Numbered from the whole stretch's first letter, positions 1 to 12,517 are shown. The stretch: DNA of 63,847 nt, filler included, from Rhabdomonas costata (GCA_019059605.1; 39 parts of 39 records of this genome joined end to end with filler, not necessarily neighbours in it), one strand, 5' to 3'. The notes: a model not told the origin generated them from the sequence alone. Made by a program: numbers and translations.

Positions 1-855
1 GTTGGTGTGGTAGCAGAACCTCGATGCCGAGGTTGCTCTTGTGCCGCCATTGGCCCCCAAAGGTTTCCGTATCAAGTTCGTTCTCCACACTGGGTTAGGG
101 ATGTTTGCCATAATGCGTCGGGGTTAGTTTGGAACCCGTTGGCTTTCGATTGTTCAATGATGCGTGCGTGTATGTCTGTGCGTTTAAGGGGTTTTAGCCT
201 CGAGTTTTTCCCCCGTGCTTTTGAAGTGCGAGTTTGCTGAGTGGTTTGATCTTTCTTCTTCAACTTCCTGACTGTGATACCCCCTGAACCTCAGGGGGCC
301 AGTGTGGAAAGTGTGCAACGGAGTGCCTTTGAATCGTGGCCTCCTGAGCTGGCATCTTTTGGAATTCACGGGCTGAGGGCTGGTAAATTGGGAAGCGTCA
401 ATGCCCTCTTGCTCCATGCTGTTGCTCGTTTGGTGGAAAATGAAATGAATACAGATATATTGACCCCTGTCTTGTCCTGGTACATCACTAGCACTGCCTG
501 TCAAGGTGAGTGAGAGTCGTTTTTACGCCGAATGTTTGAACCCTAACTGCCACGACTATGCCCCCCCCGGTCCGGTGCATCTTTTGCGGGGGGGGGGGCT
601 TACACGTTTTAATGTTGTTAAACGGTGTGTTACAATATTGGAAATTTTGTATTGGGGTACCTTTCCTCGGTTGTTCTGGAGTGTTAGAGGCTAACTTCGG
701 TGAATTTGCCCGCGAACGGCAAGGATCGGTTCCCAGGAGTTATCTAGATTGTTAGATTTCCTAACCCTACCGCTTTGTGTTGCTGGGTGACCTTTGACGG
801 GCTACATGGCAGCCTCCGCTTTCCTTTGGATTCTTTTGTTGTTCCGTATCGCAAG

Positions 856-880
856 CACACACACACACACACACACACAC
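856..880. repeat. (CA)n microsatellite
   Basis: Dinucleotide run read directly; similar runs near 29179-29201, 38403-38432 and 54129-54147. Confidence 0.9.
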
Positions 881-1541
881 TGGGCTTGCACAAACACCGC
901 TCCCGCTCCGGCTCCGGCCCAACTCGCCTCGGTCTGGGGACGGACCTGCCGTCCTCGTACTTCTCATCTTCCATGGAGGGCATGCCCGCCTCTGCTCAGG
1001 CGGATACAGCGGAAGCTGCTGCAAAACAGTTGTTGAGATAGTGAGGCCCGTAGCCTGATGATTACCAATCACCAATAGCGGAATCTGCATCAAGAACGGG
1101 GGGGGCACTGCCCGGTATCAGAAAAAACCTAGTATCCACCACTAAAGACGGTGCAAACCTTCTCTGAATCTGAGTTTTGAGCAGTATATATGCAGGAGCC
1201 CGAGGGCGATGCACCCATCTAAATTGCACCCCTGTGGCCCCCTCTCGATTTCGACTTATTTGTGGGGCAGTATGGATTCGCACAGTACTGTGGATGGGCA
1301 CCAAATGCGGTCACGAACCTCTGAAGACAGTGTTGCGCACTTGCAGCTATCTTTCCGTTCTCACTTGCCAATCCTCGCCCAGACGTTTGCTTTTGCCCTT
1401 CATCTCGGCATTATCCCTTCCCTTTCCTTCCACCCGCACCCGGTCCCCACATGTATCCCATCACACCGACTTTCTGTTGCTGTTCTGTTTCCTCTCTCAC
1501 TCGCCCACCCCCTCCCTTTCTTCTTTCTTCTACCACAAAAC

Positions 1542-1641
1542 NNNNNNNNNNNNNNNNNNNNNNNNNNNNNNNNNNNNNNNNNNNNTTAATTAATTAANNN
1601 NNNNNNNNNNNNNNNNNNNNNNNNNNNNNNNNNNNNNNNNN
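1542..1641. other. Artificial contig spacer N44-TTAATTAATTAA-N44 (first of 38, about every 1.64 kb)
   Basis: An identical 100-nt spacer with stops in all six frames separates near-equal-length contigs (about 1538-1553 bp), as in a length-sorted concatenation. Confidence 0.98.
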
Positions 1642-1701
1642 GGTGGGGTGGGGGGTGAGGGGTACGTTTTGGCTGGTATGAGTTTAACTCTGTGTCCACG
1701 A

Positions 1702-1944
1702 CTACTGGAGCACAGAGGTGTGGGCTGAGTTGGGCAAAGTGGAGGAGGCCTCCCCAGGGGCCCGCAGGAAGCGGAAGTTCGCCTTGAGATAGTCCCGATC
1801 AGTGAGAGGGTGCGTCAATGCGTCGGGACGCTGCCGCTCGGCGGAGAGCCGCGGGTGGTGGTAGAGGCTGTGGGCTAGGAGCTGCTGCTGACGAGCATTG
1901 TGGGCAGAGGAGGGGGTGCCGCGCTGCAGAGGCATCGACGTCAT
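1702..1944 (-). CDS. FRA10AC1: FRA10AC1-like protein, first exon (3' boundary uncertain)
   Basis: ATG follows a pyrimidine tract; LTDRDYLKANFRFLR resembles the FRA10AC1 motif KTDxDVIRENHRFLW. Confidence 0.55.
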   Translation of the reverse strand: MTSMPLQRGTPSSAHNARQQQLLAHSLYHHPRLSAERQRPDALTHPLTDRDYLKANFRFLRAPGEASSTLPNSAHTSVLQ

Positions 1945-3281
1945 TTTGAAAAATGAGACAGAAAAAGGAAAGGACAATGCGTGGAGGTACTGAACAAGGG
2001 AGTTGGAAGAAAAGTGGAACAGAAAAGCGTCTCAAGACGAAGCAGAATAGCCAGCAGTTAATAAAAAGGAGGTCTCAACAACAAGCGAGAAAGGCCATCA
2101 GCAAAGCGGGAAAAGGTGACACAGTGTGAGACAGAGTGCAGTTAGATAACTTATAACGCGGTACTCAAGCAAGGCAAGCCGAGGCAGGGGGTTAGCCAAG
2201 GAGCAATGGTCACCTGAATCCCTCCAACTGCGTGCAAAGGTAAGTGTGCTGATGGGAACGACAACCTAGCTTACTCTTGCGAAAGAAAAACAAAGATCAC
2301 GCCGAGACTGGTCTCTGCCACACACTCGGCGATGTTGCTGAGCCATGACATGTGGGTGATAGCGAAGAGCTTGCGTATTCGAAAGGAAACAATCTTCGGC
2401 CAAAAACATGAGGCCGGCAGACTCTGAGTTTACGGTGTAGGTGCATTTTCCAAATAGCTCCAGTACCCTCATTCCGATTCCCATCTGATGACACAAGGAC
2501 TGTACCAAATACCAAGTCGTGGTTAGGTAGGACGTAAGGGGTAAGTCGAGGTTTGTGTTACTTCAACACAATCCACGAAGTTCGAGCATCGCCCCATCAC
2601 CGCATGTCCAAAAGCCCGGCGACAAATCTCACAGACAAGCCTTTCGTGGGCAGTAGGGTCTGTTTGTGAGAGACACCGCCACCCCTCACACCCAGAGAGG
2701 CTAAATACCGTGTCCATATAGGTACACATTACAGAAGAAATGCCCGTGTCCGCTGATCCGATGGGGAGACCTTCTTCCATCGCTCTTGCCGGCTGAAGTT
2801 TTGGGGAAGCGGCGCCCACCAAAGGGATTTGCCCAGAATGCCAGCCAAAAGCGAAAGCAGCAGCGCTCCTTTCCACTTCTGCCCCTGACACGAACAGGGC
2901 TCATTACGACACAGGCCCTGGGCTTTTTGTTCCGTGGATGGATGGCGTTAATGGAATCTACAAGTCCGACAGGGGTATGCTCTGCCGTAGTCCCATTGCG
3001 GCCCGGGGGTTGGCCTTCGCCACCACACAGGCCCGAAGCGCCCCCAGCTGTTTTCCGCACAGCTCCTCCCCGTGCTTCTGGACACACCTCACCACGGACT
3101 GCTGCAGGTCCCCGCACAGCCGCTGCACCGCAACGTACTGGTACACGACTGCAAAGAAAGAAAGGGTTATCACAACAACAANNNNNNNNNNNNNNNNNNN
3201 NNNNNNNNNNNNNNNNNNNNNNNNNTTAATTAATTAANNNNNNNNNNNNNNNNNNNNNNNNNNNNNNNNNNNNNNNNNNNN

Positions 3282-4810
3282 GGAGGCCGTCCGGTGAGGA
3301 GTCGGGATGGGCTCCGGGTGTGGACCCTCCTCAGGGGCCTCCTGCGCCCTCCCGAGCCCCACGGAATTCCCGGTGCTCAGCGGTGTGGAACTTGGCGGCG
3401 GAGCGAGCAGGAGGAACCGCTGCAGCTCCAGCTCCAGCTCCTTTTGCCGGGCCCTCTCATGCTCCTTGGAACCTGACCGCATAGGGACCACAGGAAGCAT
3501 GGGAAGCCCTTCCCCGGGAGGGGTGCCGCCCGCCTTGGAGGAGGACGATGAGCGCAGCATGCCCTTCTTTTTGCTGGGGCGCAGCGTGCGGTGCCCCAGA
3601 GGGAACGCCAGCTGTGGGGTAAGGCCGACGACGGGCCGCCGCATTAGGGCCAGGGCACTGGGGTCGGGATCCGTGGGGGTGATCTCTAATGTCTCATGGG
3701 TCGCAGCCTGAGGGGAGGCTGCCACAGAGTTTCCCGGAGAAGCCCCTGAGCCCACGGTAGTTGATCGCGGCGAGCTCCCGGAGGGAGTCTGCGTAGCCCG
3801 CGAGGTGGGCTCCTGGGGTCGAGAGCTCCCGCGTGTGACCCCGTCCTCCTTCAGCGAAGCGGCGGTTAGAGTAGAGATCAGGCACAGGTCCTGTAAAAGG
3901 AGAGTGCGAGTATAATTAAAAGCGTGGTTATAATATTTTCTGTATTTCTGTACAATTTTCTGGAATGCGCTCCCTTGTTAAGCGAACACTATTCATGGGT
4001 AACTCGACGATTAGTTTGGGCAACTCGACGATTACCAAAGATGCGAAGGAAGGGTTATTTGGAGGAGAGTGAGTGAGGGTCCAGACTCCTGTGGGAAAGA
4101 AATCGTCGAAATAGGGGCAGCTACAAACCTGGACTTGCTGGCAGTGACCCACAGTTGCAAGACGAAAAATTCACTGGACACGCTGCGCAATAACAGATTG
4201 CGTTGGGCAAAGCAAAGAGACGTGCCATCACATGAGGAGTCCTTCCCAGAAACCTCAATGAAAACGGCAGCTCGGGCATCGGGCTTCTTCAGGCGGGTGA
4301 TCACGGCCAGCCAAGTCCGCACCAGAGCCTTGATCTCGCCCTGCCAGGCGTCCAGCACGCGGGCGTCCGAGGCGGCCGGAGTGGCAGGATACACCACCTT
4401 ATGCCCGGGGTCCAGCGCGTGAAGAATGCTGCTGCAGATCAGGGCAATCGTCTTGCTGATGATCGACGGGATCCCGGATCCCGAGGAAACCTCGGCCTTG
4501 GGGCCATCTGAGAACGGACACACCACAAGCTGCCAATCTTAATGCAGTGAAAATCGGGCGGATGGTGAGTAGGGGTGCTCAACAGCTATAGAAAAACTGA
4601 GAGAAGACAAGGGGTGCAAAACTCTGCTTATAATTTTAAGGGCGCAAAATGTTTGAGAGGCACCCTTGCAAAGCAACAGCCCCAGCTGGGAAGGTGTGAT
4701 TGGCATGAGGCACTAACCTTGGGATTGCAGTCCACGGTATGACTCCATCGCTGCCGAGATGTGCTTTAACCACTCGGCAAACTCGGGGAAGCAGCGGGCA
4801 TACAGCGATA
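3282..4810 (-). CDS. Hypothetical multi-exon protein (exons about 4718-4810, 4254-4507, 3282-3890)
   Basis: Phase-compatible GT-AG joins give a continuous frame ending in a Ser/Pro-rich low-complexity exon; no family recognised. Confidence 0.5.
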
Positions 4811-4943
4811 TCACACCCACANNNNNNNNNNNNNNNNNNNNNNNNNNNNNNNNNNNNNNNNNNNNTTAATTAATTAANNNNNNNNNNNNNNNNNNNNNNN
4901 NNNNNNNNNNNNNNNNNNNNNGGGTGGGGTGTGTTTGGGTTGG

Positions 4944-5476
4944 ACATACGTCTCCAAGTTGACCGGAATGATCAACGACTTGCAGCAATCTGCGGAGCTT
5001 CAGGTGGACTTTGAGGAGGACTGCTGCAGTAGAAAGGTCCCACCTCTCTTAAAGGGCTGCTGGGAGCCGCTATATTTGACTGCTTCTGCTCACCAAATAG
5101 AGCTGGTTCAAAAGTTAGGTCCTGAAGCTCTGCTGAAAAAGCACCTGGATGCCCACTTGGGCGCACTTATTTGACGCTTTTTTTTCCCGCTGTCAGAGCA
5201 GAAAAGGTGTCCTGCCGAGAAAATCTGCGCGGCATTGTTGTACGCCATTATGTCTCTGAAAGGGCACTGGCAGAGCAACAGCAAAAAAATACCTCCTCCG
5301 GTTTGCTTGCGTTCTTGCTTGCCCCCACAGGTTGCACTGGGGCTGGACTTATCAGTGCAGGTGTTGCGGCAGGGCTGCTGGCCCTCTTTCAAAGTGGAGG
5401 CCATGAACCTCCCCGTGGCGCTCGCGACGGCGTACGAGTGCTTCCGGCAGTTTCACAGCCGCAAGCACCCCAAGCG
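4944..5476 (+). CDS. Cullin, cullin-homology domain (exons 4944-5036, 5331-5476)
   Basis: YVSKLTGMINDLQQS and LDLSVQVLRQGCWPS...LPVALATAYECFRQFHSRKHPKR match cullin CH-domain motifs; in-frame GT-AG intron. Confidence 0.9.
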
Positions 5477-6582
5477 GTAGATGTTCAGAAAGGGAGTGTG
5501 AGTGAGTGAGTGAGACAGAGAAGTGGAAAGCTTCGAAGGTGGGCGAGCTTGGGAAGTAACAAGCGGGCAGCCAGCCCCACAGTGGGAGGTTGTGGGCTTG
5601 AAACCCTAAATGCCTAACTTTGGTCCATTTCGTGGACGTCATGGACGATTTGAACCGATTTTGGTACTTAGGGTGCGTGGAGGCCTGCATTCACTAAGCA
5701 TTCACGAAGCCGCTGACTTCTGCCTGCCGAGGGTGTTTGCCTAAGAATGTCGTAACACGGTGGCGGGATCGCCATTGGTGTTGTTTGTGCCGTGAGAAAT
5801 GCGTTAGCCCAGACGTGCACATTGTTTCTCCAGGACTCGTTTTGTGACTGATTTTCTCTGGCTTCTAACCGCAGCCTTGCACGCTTGTGCCTGGAGCGCC
5901 CGTGGACAGCAGATTGGACATGGACATGACACACAGCGGTTGGGCAGCAACAGGCTGATGAAGTCACCCACAGAAGCCTGCGCGAACGAATGGGCCAAAA
6001 TTATGATGGAAGAAGGGCCCCCGTTCCATAGTCGGTGCCCGAGCGCATTGAGTACAGCCCTCCAGTGCCACACCGGAAAGTGCCGCATCCACAAGGAACT
6101 GCGCACAGAGTTTTCAAATTGCTGACGAAGCGAAAGTGCGGCGGACTGGATCAATAAGAATGTGAGCTGGACGTAGCACTGCAGCGGCCCAACGCTGCCT
6201 CCAACAAGGCGGCATCCCTGTGCATGCTATGAGCCGACATTGTGGCGGAGACGTGGGCCCTTGAACAAGAATAATGTGGATCAGGCAGAGTAAAACTGGA
6301 TAAATTAATCTCGAGCTGCCGAGCGACATTTCTAGCCCGACACATCGTGCGGAGACGCCTTTTTGCAGCTGGAAATCGACATCATAGCGATCAGTCTTCC
6401 CCTGAACGGAAGATTATTAGGCATAGGTCTACTTGACCGGCCAAAGGCAAAGGCAGCAAGGAGGAACCAAAACANNNNNNNNNNNNNNNNNNNNNNNNNN
6501 NNNNNNNNNNNNNNNNNNTTAATTAATTAANNNNNNNNNNNNNNNNNNNNNNNNNNNNNNNNNNNNNNNNNNNNTTTTGCAG

Positions 6583-7737
6583 GTTTAAGTTTCACTACAA
6601 AAGTGAAGGCGAGCGCGTCTTCATATGTGTAGCTCACAAAGAAGTACAAATGAGGGTTGCCTTCGCCTTCCTCGACAGCGTGTCTCGTCAGCTGAGCCAA
6701 GCCTTCAACAGCCCCAAGAAACTCTTGAAAGACCGGGTGGTTTGTTAAGAATAAGTTACCTTGACTGTATATTTGAAGCCTCAAGTGAAAGATCATTCGA
6801 AAAATTAACAGCAATTAACAGGCATTTCGCCTTCTTGGGTTTTTGGGGGCCTTTCCTCCGCTATTGGATTTCGTCTTGCGTTTCACCGATGTTTGGTTTT
6901 AGCAAGAACTTCTGGAGGATGATAGATGAGGATGATAGTGTCCTTCCAGTCAGACCCACCAGAATCGACGAGAATTTTGTTGACTCCTTTGCAACCCTTT
7001 TTTCGAGTTGAGTACAGTGAAGATCTTATTGTTTTCCTTTGCCCTTCATGGTTTCCAGGAGTATCACAACAACCCCGCCAACGACAAGATCAGCAATCTC
7101 ACAAATGAGATCGCCGAGGTTAAGGACGTCATGATGGAAAACATTGGTGCCGTTTTTGGTGTTTGTTTGTTGGTTGAAGCATGGCTGCAGCACAGAAGCT
7201 GCTCGGAACCCGCTGCTGACTCAAACTTCCTTCGGACTTCTTTCGCTTGCCTGTAAAACGATTTGGTGTAGACACATGGAACCGGGGCAAAAAAAAAATC
7301 CCTTCAAATACACCCCCCCCCTTCTTGGCGTAGCATTTTTGGTCTCGTCAATTTGCATTTTTTCCAGACCTGCTGATCCATGATTGTTGTTTGCAGATCG
7401 CGTTCTGCAGAGAGGCGAGAAACTGGATGCGATGCAAGAGAAGTCTACCCAGCTCGCGGAGAACGCGCGAGTGTGCACGTTTCCTTCCTATCGCTGAGAA
7501 GTTGGTTTTTAATGGGTCAGCCACCGCTCTGCCGTATGACTTCAGGACTTCCACTCTTCGGCGGTCACGTTGAAGCGCAACTACTGCCTCAAGCACGCCA
7601 AGATAGTGGCCCTCATTGTGCTGATTGTCGTGGTGTGTATGACGCACACGACCGTTTGTTGTGCACAAGAACCGATGTTCGAGTTTTAGTATACTGTGCT
7701 CACTTTTTTCAGATCATCCTGATCGTTGTGCTGCTGA
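6583..7737 (+). CDS. VAMP7: Longin R-SNARE, VAMP7 family (exons 6583-6739, 7059-7146, 7397-7470, 7546-7632, 7713-7737)
   Basis: Longin motif FKFHY...FICVA...RVAFAFL; SNARE motif EIAEVKDVMMENIDRVLQRGEKLD; C-terminal TM helix; all introns GT-AG and phase-compatible. Confidence 0.93.
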
Positions 7738-9886
7738 GTATGTGCCGCCATCTGGCGTTTTGTGCGCTTTTTGCCAAATGTGACCTCTTCAAAATTGCCG
7801 TGCTGACTTGGTCCTTTTCGCCATTTACACTTTTCTGCTTGTGAATTTTTCACTTTTCCAATTTTTGCCCCTTGCCCCTTGCGCCGAAGCAAAAAAGCAT
7901 GCCTTCAGTGAGGTTAGACTTCGTTTTTTGTGGGGGTTACGCTTCGAGGAAGAAGGCTAGGTGGGTGATCTGGATTTGTGAAGCGGTTTGACTCTTGGGG
8001 GGGTTTGATTCAGTCGTGCCTCAAGCGGGGAGTGGCTTTTTTAGGTCAGGTGTCCTGTACCTGTGTGAGCGTTTTTTATGCCGTTGGCTGAATCTTTCCT
8101 GTGGAACCTAAAACNNNNNNNNNNNNNNNNNNNNNNNNNNNNNNNNNNNNNNNNNNNNTTAATTAATTAANNNNNNNNNNNNNNNNNNNNNNNNNNNNNN
8201 NNNNNNNNNNNNNNAATGTGCAAGATGGCAATCACCGCCCTGAGCCGCAATGTTTCCCAGTCCTAGGGGCTGCAATTCTGGAAGCGGATGAGCATTTGGT
8301 TTTCTTGCTTGATGAAAGGGCTCTTCATGGCATGGTGGTAGGTCCTGCACATCCCTAACCGGAAAACACGAACCCCAATGTATTTAATCACTTTAGCACT
8401 ACGCTCCTTGCCTTTTTACTGTTCCATCTTCACTTACTTTGTCTGCCGTGCCCCTTCACTTTTTCGTTCTTTTCACATTAATTTCTTGACTAACGTTATA
8501 GGGGTCTTCTTCCTTCTCTATCTCTCTCCTGTTGTCACTTTTTAACCTTTTACCAGATTATCTGCGTTTGTTCATGACCGATGTTGTGGGTTGTTACGCT
8601 GACTTTATTGCCTTGGTTCTACTTCTAAATATATGCCTGGGTCATTTATCATTCCACCTGAATCTATGGCCCCACGAGACACCACGCAGTTACACCAACC
8701 GCTTCATCTCCCATGCCAATCCGGTGGAGACTCCCAGTTGCCACTGCGCATCACTCCGAACATGGGACCCTCCAGCCTTGAGCGCGCCCACGCCTACACA
8801 CTGGGCACATCCAGGCGCTGCGTCACCAGCGGGGCTTTCAAATCCTGGAGGGAACTATGACCGATGCACAAGTTCCCGCGCCAGTAGTCGTGACCACCAA
8901 AGCGATCCAATATAATGGCACACACACACACAGCCTCCAAAACTGGAGCATACACTAAGCGAGTGAGGCGACAGCCCCGCAGCATTGCACGCAGAAGTGG
9001 CAACGCGCAGCGCTCTCACAACCACACACCACATATGCCTGGATTCACCCTTCCACAATTCAGTACCGCAGTCTTTTGCGCAACACCACAACCCAGGCAT
9101 CTTCTGGATTGTTTTTGTTTTGCCTCCGACCAAATTGCGCTTTTTTTCCGTATGGATCCTACATTGCGAAAGCTGGTGCACTCTCTTGGCGTGCCAGTGT
9201 TTTGTTCATCGTCGTTTTTGATTGTGTTTGGTGTTCTCCCCGTGCGTTGCCGTGGTGGGATTTGGTTTTTTCTTGCGCTAGACTTGCGGCTTACATCCCT
9301 TTTTGCCGGCGCCACGCGCCAGTTTTTTGTCCTTCACTTTGCCTCCGGCCGCTTTATTCGTACCATGTGCCAACTATTTGTTTCCACACCTTCTTCCAAT
9401 CCATCCTCGTTTTTCATTTGTTTGCCCACGCGAGTCTCATAGAATTTTTTGGGAAGTTTTATCTCTTGTAACTAGCTTTGTCAACAACCTTTGTTTGCGG
9501 AAGAAAATTAAGGCCTGCTTTATTTGATCCGTTCTCATGCACCCGGTATGTTCACAGGACCTCCAGCGTCGCTGCTTGCCATTGTGCGCCGAGGAGGAGC
9601 TACTGTGGACCTTCCTCCGCTTCTCATTGTTCCAGCTGAGAAAGAGCCTCGCTAGGTTCCTGGGCAAAGAGACTTTGTAAAACTCGTACTCGTATATACA
9701 ACTAGGGATACTGGTTGTCGAAAGCGTAGCTAAGAGCCATGACCACCCAACCCCNNNNNNNNNNNNNNNNNNNNNNNNNNNNNNNNNNNNNNNNNNNNTT
9801 AATTAATTAANNNNNNNNNNNNNNNNNNNNNNNNNNNNNNNNNNNNNNNNNNNNGGTGGGGTGGATCAGTTTCCCTGACCTGATGC

Positions 9887-11388
9887 ATCTCAACCATTAG
9901 CAGCATCAGGTCAGGGAAACTGATCCACCACGTCCTTTGCGTGTCCAGCGCGGACCAGAGCTTCTGGAAGGCCTCCAGGCACTTTCCACGGGCCTTTATC
10001 TGCCGCTGCTCGGTGAGGGTTGTCATGAACGACTGGATGATGATAGCCGCCAGCATCGGCACAATAATCAGAGAGACGAAGAAGTGGAGTCCAAAGGCGA
10101 ACACGGGGGCCCAGGCGTGCCCGCAATTGCCGAGGCTCGGGTCGCACCTCGGAGGCCCGTCCATCATCATGTCTCGCATGATGCCTGGCCTAAAGCAACA
10201 CGCAATGCTTGTTGGTTGGTAATGAGTACGATGGTCTGCGGAAAAATTCTTTTTATTTTGCCTTTCCAAACTAAGGAAACGTGAAGGACACTCGAACGGC
10301 GGGCCTTCCCGAATTGGAAGGCAACTAAGTGTACTTAAAACCTGTGGAACCAACACTATTTCGCAGAGGAGAGAAGGTGGGAAAATCAAAGCCTCCGTTT
10401 TTCGGTGCCCCCTCCCCCAATATCCAGGTTGGATAGTGATCACTATCCAACTACAGTTCGTTTAAAAGGACCGTCCAAAGGGTCGGGAAGGGGTCTGCAT
10501 CGGGTTGAAACACACGCCCTTTTTTCCCGCCCTTTCCCCGTTCACTGGATTTCAGTAGAAGACTTGGGTGTTAGAGGGCGACGTGCGCTCCTTGGAACAG
10601 CGTCCAGGATGTCTTGGGACGCGGAGCATAGCGGACCTCCGTGCCTCAGAAAGGCGATGAAAGGTTCCCCAGAGATTGCAACACAAAACACAAAAGAAAA
10701 TGAATTATTGTAGGTGCGAAGACCAGTCGCCGCCGCGGCCAAAGAAAGGGAAGGCACACAATCGGGGCATGCCCGTACAAACGAAGTGCCAGTTTCCACC
10801 GCGGAGATTAAACCAAAATCAAAGCGGTACTAAGGGATCTAAATCGAGGGTCTCTTCCATCATTACCGATAGTGCTTTCCAAAGAACTATTCAAGTTCGC
10901 TGAAAACTGCAACGCCGACTGAGTCAAAGCAAAAGGCAAAAGGCAGCGAACCAATTCTCTCCTGTGCTCATCACATAGCAGAGCAGTAGAGATGTCGGGA
11001 AATTCTCAAAATTGATGTGCTCCGTGAAGCTGTCCGTCCCAGCAGCATTCATGTTACCAAAGTAAAACATTGCCACAACCGCGAACATGCACAGCACCAC
11101 GAGCATCAGCACGAGAGTATTGAAGATCTGGGTCACAGCGGTTACCACGGCATGACACAGAGCAAGCACCCCGGTCAAGAAGGGAAGAGCTCTGAGGAGC
11201 CGTAGCACACGAAAGAAGGCAAACACGGAGCTCTGAAACGGGAATCCGGGGCCGCGGCCGTACGCGCAAAGGCACTGCTCGGCGATTCCAGAGACCACAA
11301 CGGAAAACGAAAGGAAGTTCCAGCGGTCTCTCCAGTACCCTTTCCACCCCATTCCAACAAAGATGGTCACCATCTCTAGAGTGTACAA
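9887..11388 (-). CDS. Four-domain voltage-gated cation (Cav-like) channel, repeat IV plus start of EF-hand tail (exons 10952-11388, about 9887-10189)
   Basis: GYWRDRWN (S2-S3), FRVLRLLR (S4), NFENFPTSLLLCYVMSTGENWPGIM (pore, Glu filter), NCG..S6 MLAAIIIQSF, LEAFQKLWSALD. Confidence 0.9.
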
Positions 11389-11983
11389 AAAAAANNNNNN
11401 NNNNNNNNNNNNNNNNNNNNNNNNNNNNNNNNNNNNNNTTAATTAATTAANNNNNNNNNNNNNNNNNNNNNNNNNNNNNNNNNNNNNNNNNNNNGTGGGT
11501 GTGGCACCAGTGCCCTGGACAACGAGGCCGAGCTGGAAGTCGTCACGGTATGGCGATTCTTCCCTGGGAGTGTCCAACTGTTTTCCTTGTTGCTGGTGGG
11601 TGAAAGGCGCCTGTTTTTGTCCTGTAGTCTGTTGTGTTTTGATATTGGGTGTCACTGCGGGAGTTTTTGGAGAGCAGGACCAAGACCAGGAGACCAGGAC
11701 AGCATTGCTGTGGGTTGTGCGCAATTTCGGTTCCTTGTGTTGGGCCTCTGGTTCCTCTGAGTTCCAGACACACGCAGTGATCACTGTGTACCATGAAATG
11801 GGGTGCGTTGAGGTAATGACGTCTGGTGAGAAGACTCCTACGTACTGCCAGCGCAGGGACACAGACACCTTTTGATACGCTGAACACCCTGTGCATTACA
11901 GTTAGTCATCCATTTTTGCTGGCTGAACCATCCGTTTCTCTTGGGACGCAAGCGCCCCGTCCAATGGCTTCTTTGCTGTGTAG

Positions 11984-12517
11984 GCGTTGAAGGCCCTTAT
12001 GCATGGCCGGACCACGATCGCCGTGGCTCACCGCCTCAACTCCATTCAAAGCCTTGCCGATCGGATTGTCGTTTTTCGGGTTCGCTGCCCTTCCTTCCTC
12101 GAGATCCCTCCCTCCGATTCCCTCCGATAAATTCCATCCATTCTGAACACCACGCATGCGTCCGCTAAAGTTCGAAGCGGCATTGGTCCTTTCAGTGAGC
12201 TTATCAGCCTATAAAGGAGTGGTTGGTTAGAAATTTGAGTGCTTCGCTTCGTGTTAAGGACCGGGAACCGCCCGTACTTGTGCCCGTTGATGTTGTGGTT
12301 CTGAAGGCCTCTTTGTGTTTTATTTTGGTGAGTACATGTTCGCACCTCAACTACACCGTCACAATGTTAGAAAGTTCGTCTGGGGCTGCTTTGTTTTCAG
12401 TGCACCGCACCCCTCCCCCCGTTGTGGTGGTTGGGGCATTTCAGGGAGGTGTTCTGGCCGAAGAGGGCTCCGCGGAGGAGCTACTTCGCAGCGGAGGCTT
12501 GTTCGCAACCCTCGCAG
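11984..12517 (+). CDS. ABC transporter (ABCB-like) C-terminal NBD exons (11984-12079, 12445 to about 12517)
   Basis: ALKALMHGRTTIAVAHRLNSI..ADRIVVF (H-loop) and GVLAEEGSAEELLRSGGLFATL. Confidence 0.9.

Noticed and set aside
1586-1597. Regularly spaced TTAATTAATTAA as a biological repeat or CRISPR-like array
   Set aside because: It is always embedded in N44 blocks and is an assembly linker; ORFs ending in X...LIN are artefacts of it.
9860-9929. 27-bp hairpin and apparent GTCAGG donor in the channel gene
   Set aside because: It is an exact inverted copy of adjacent coding sequence at the contig end, so a fold-back chimera.
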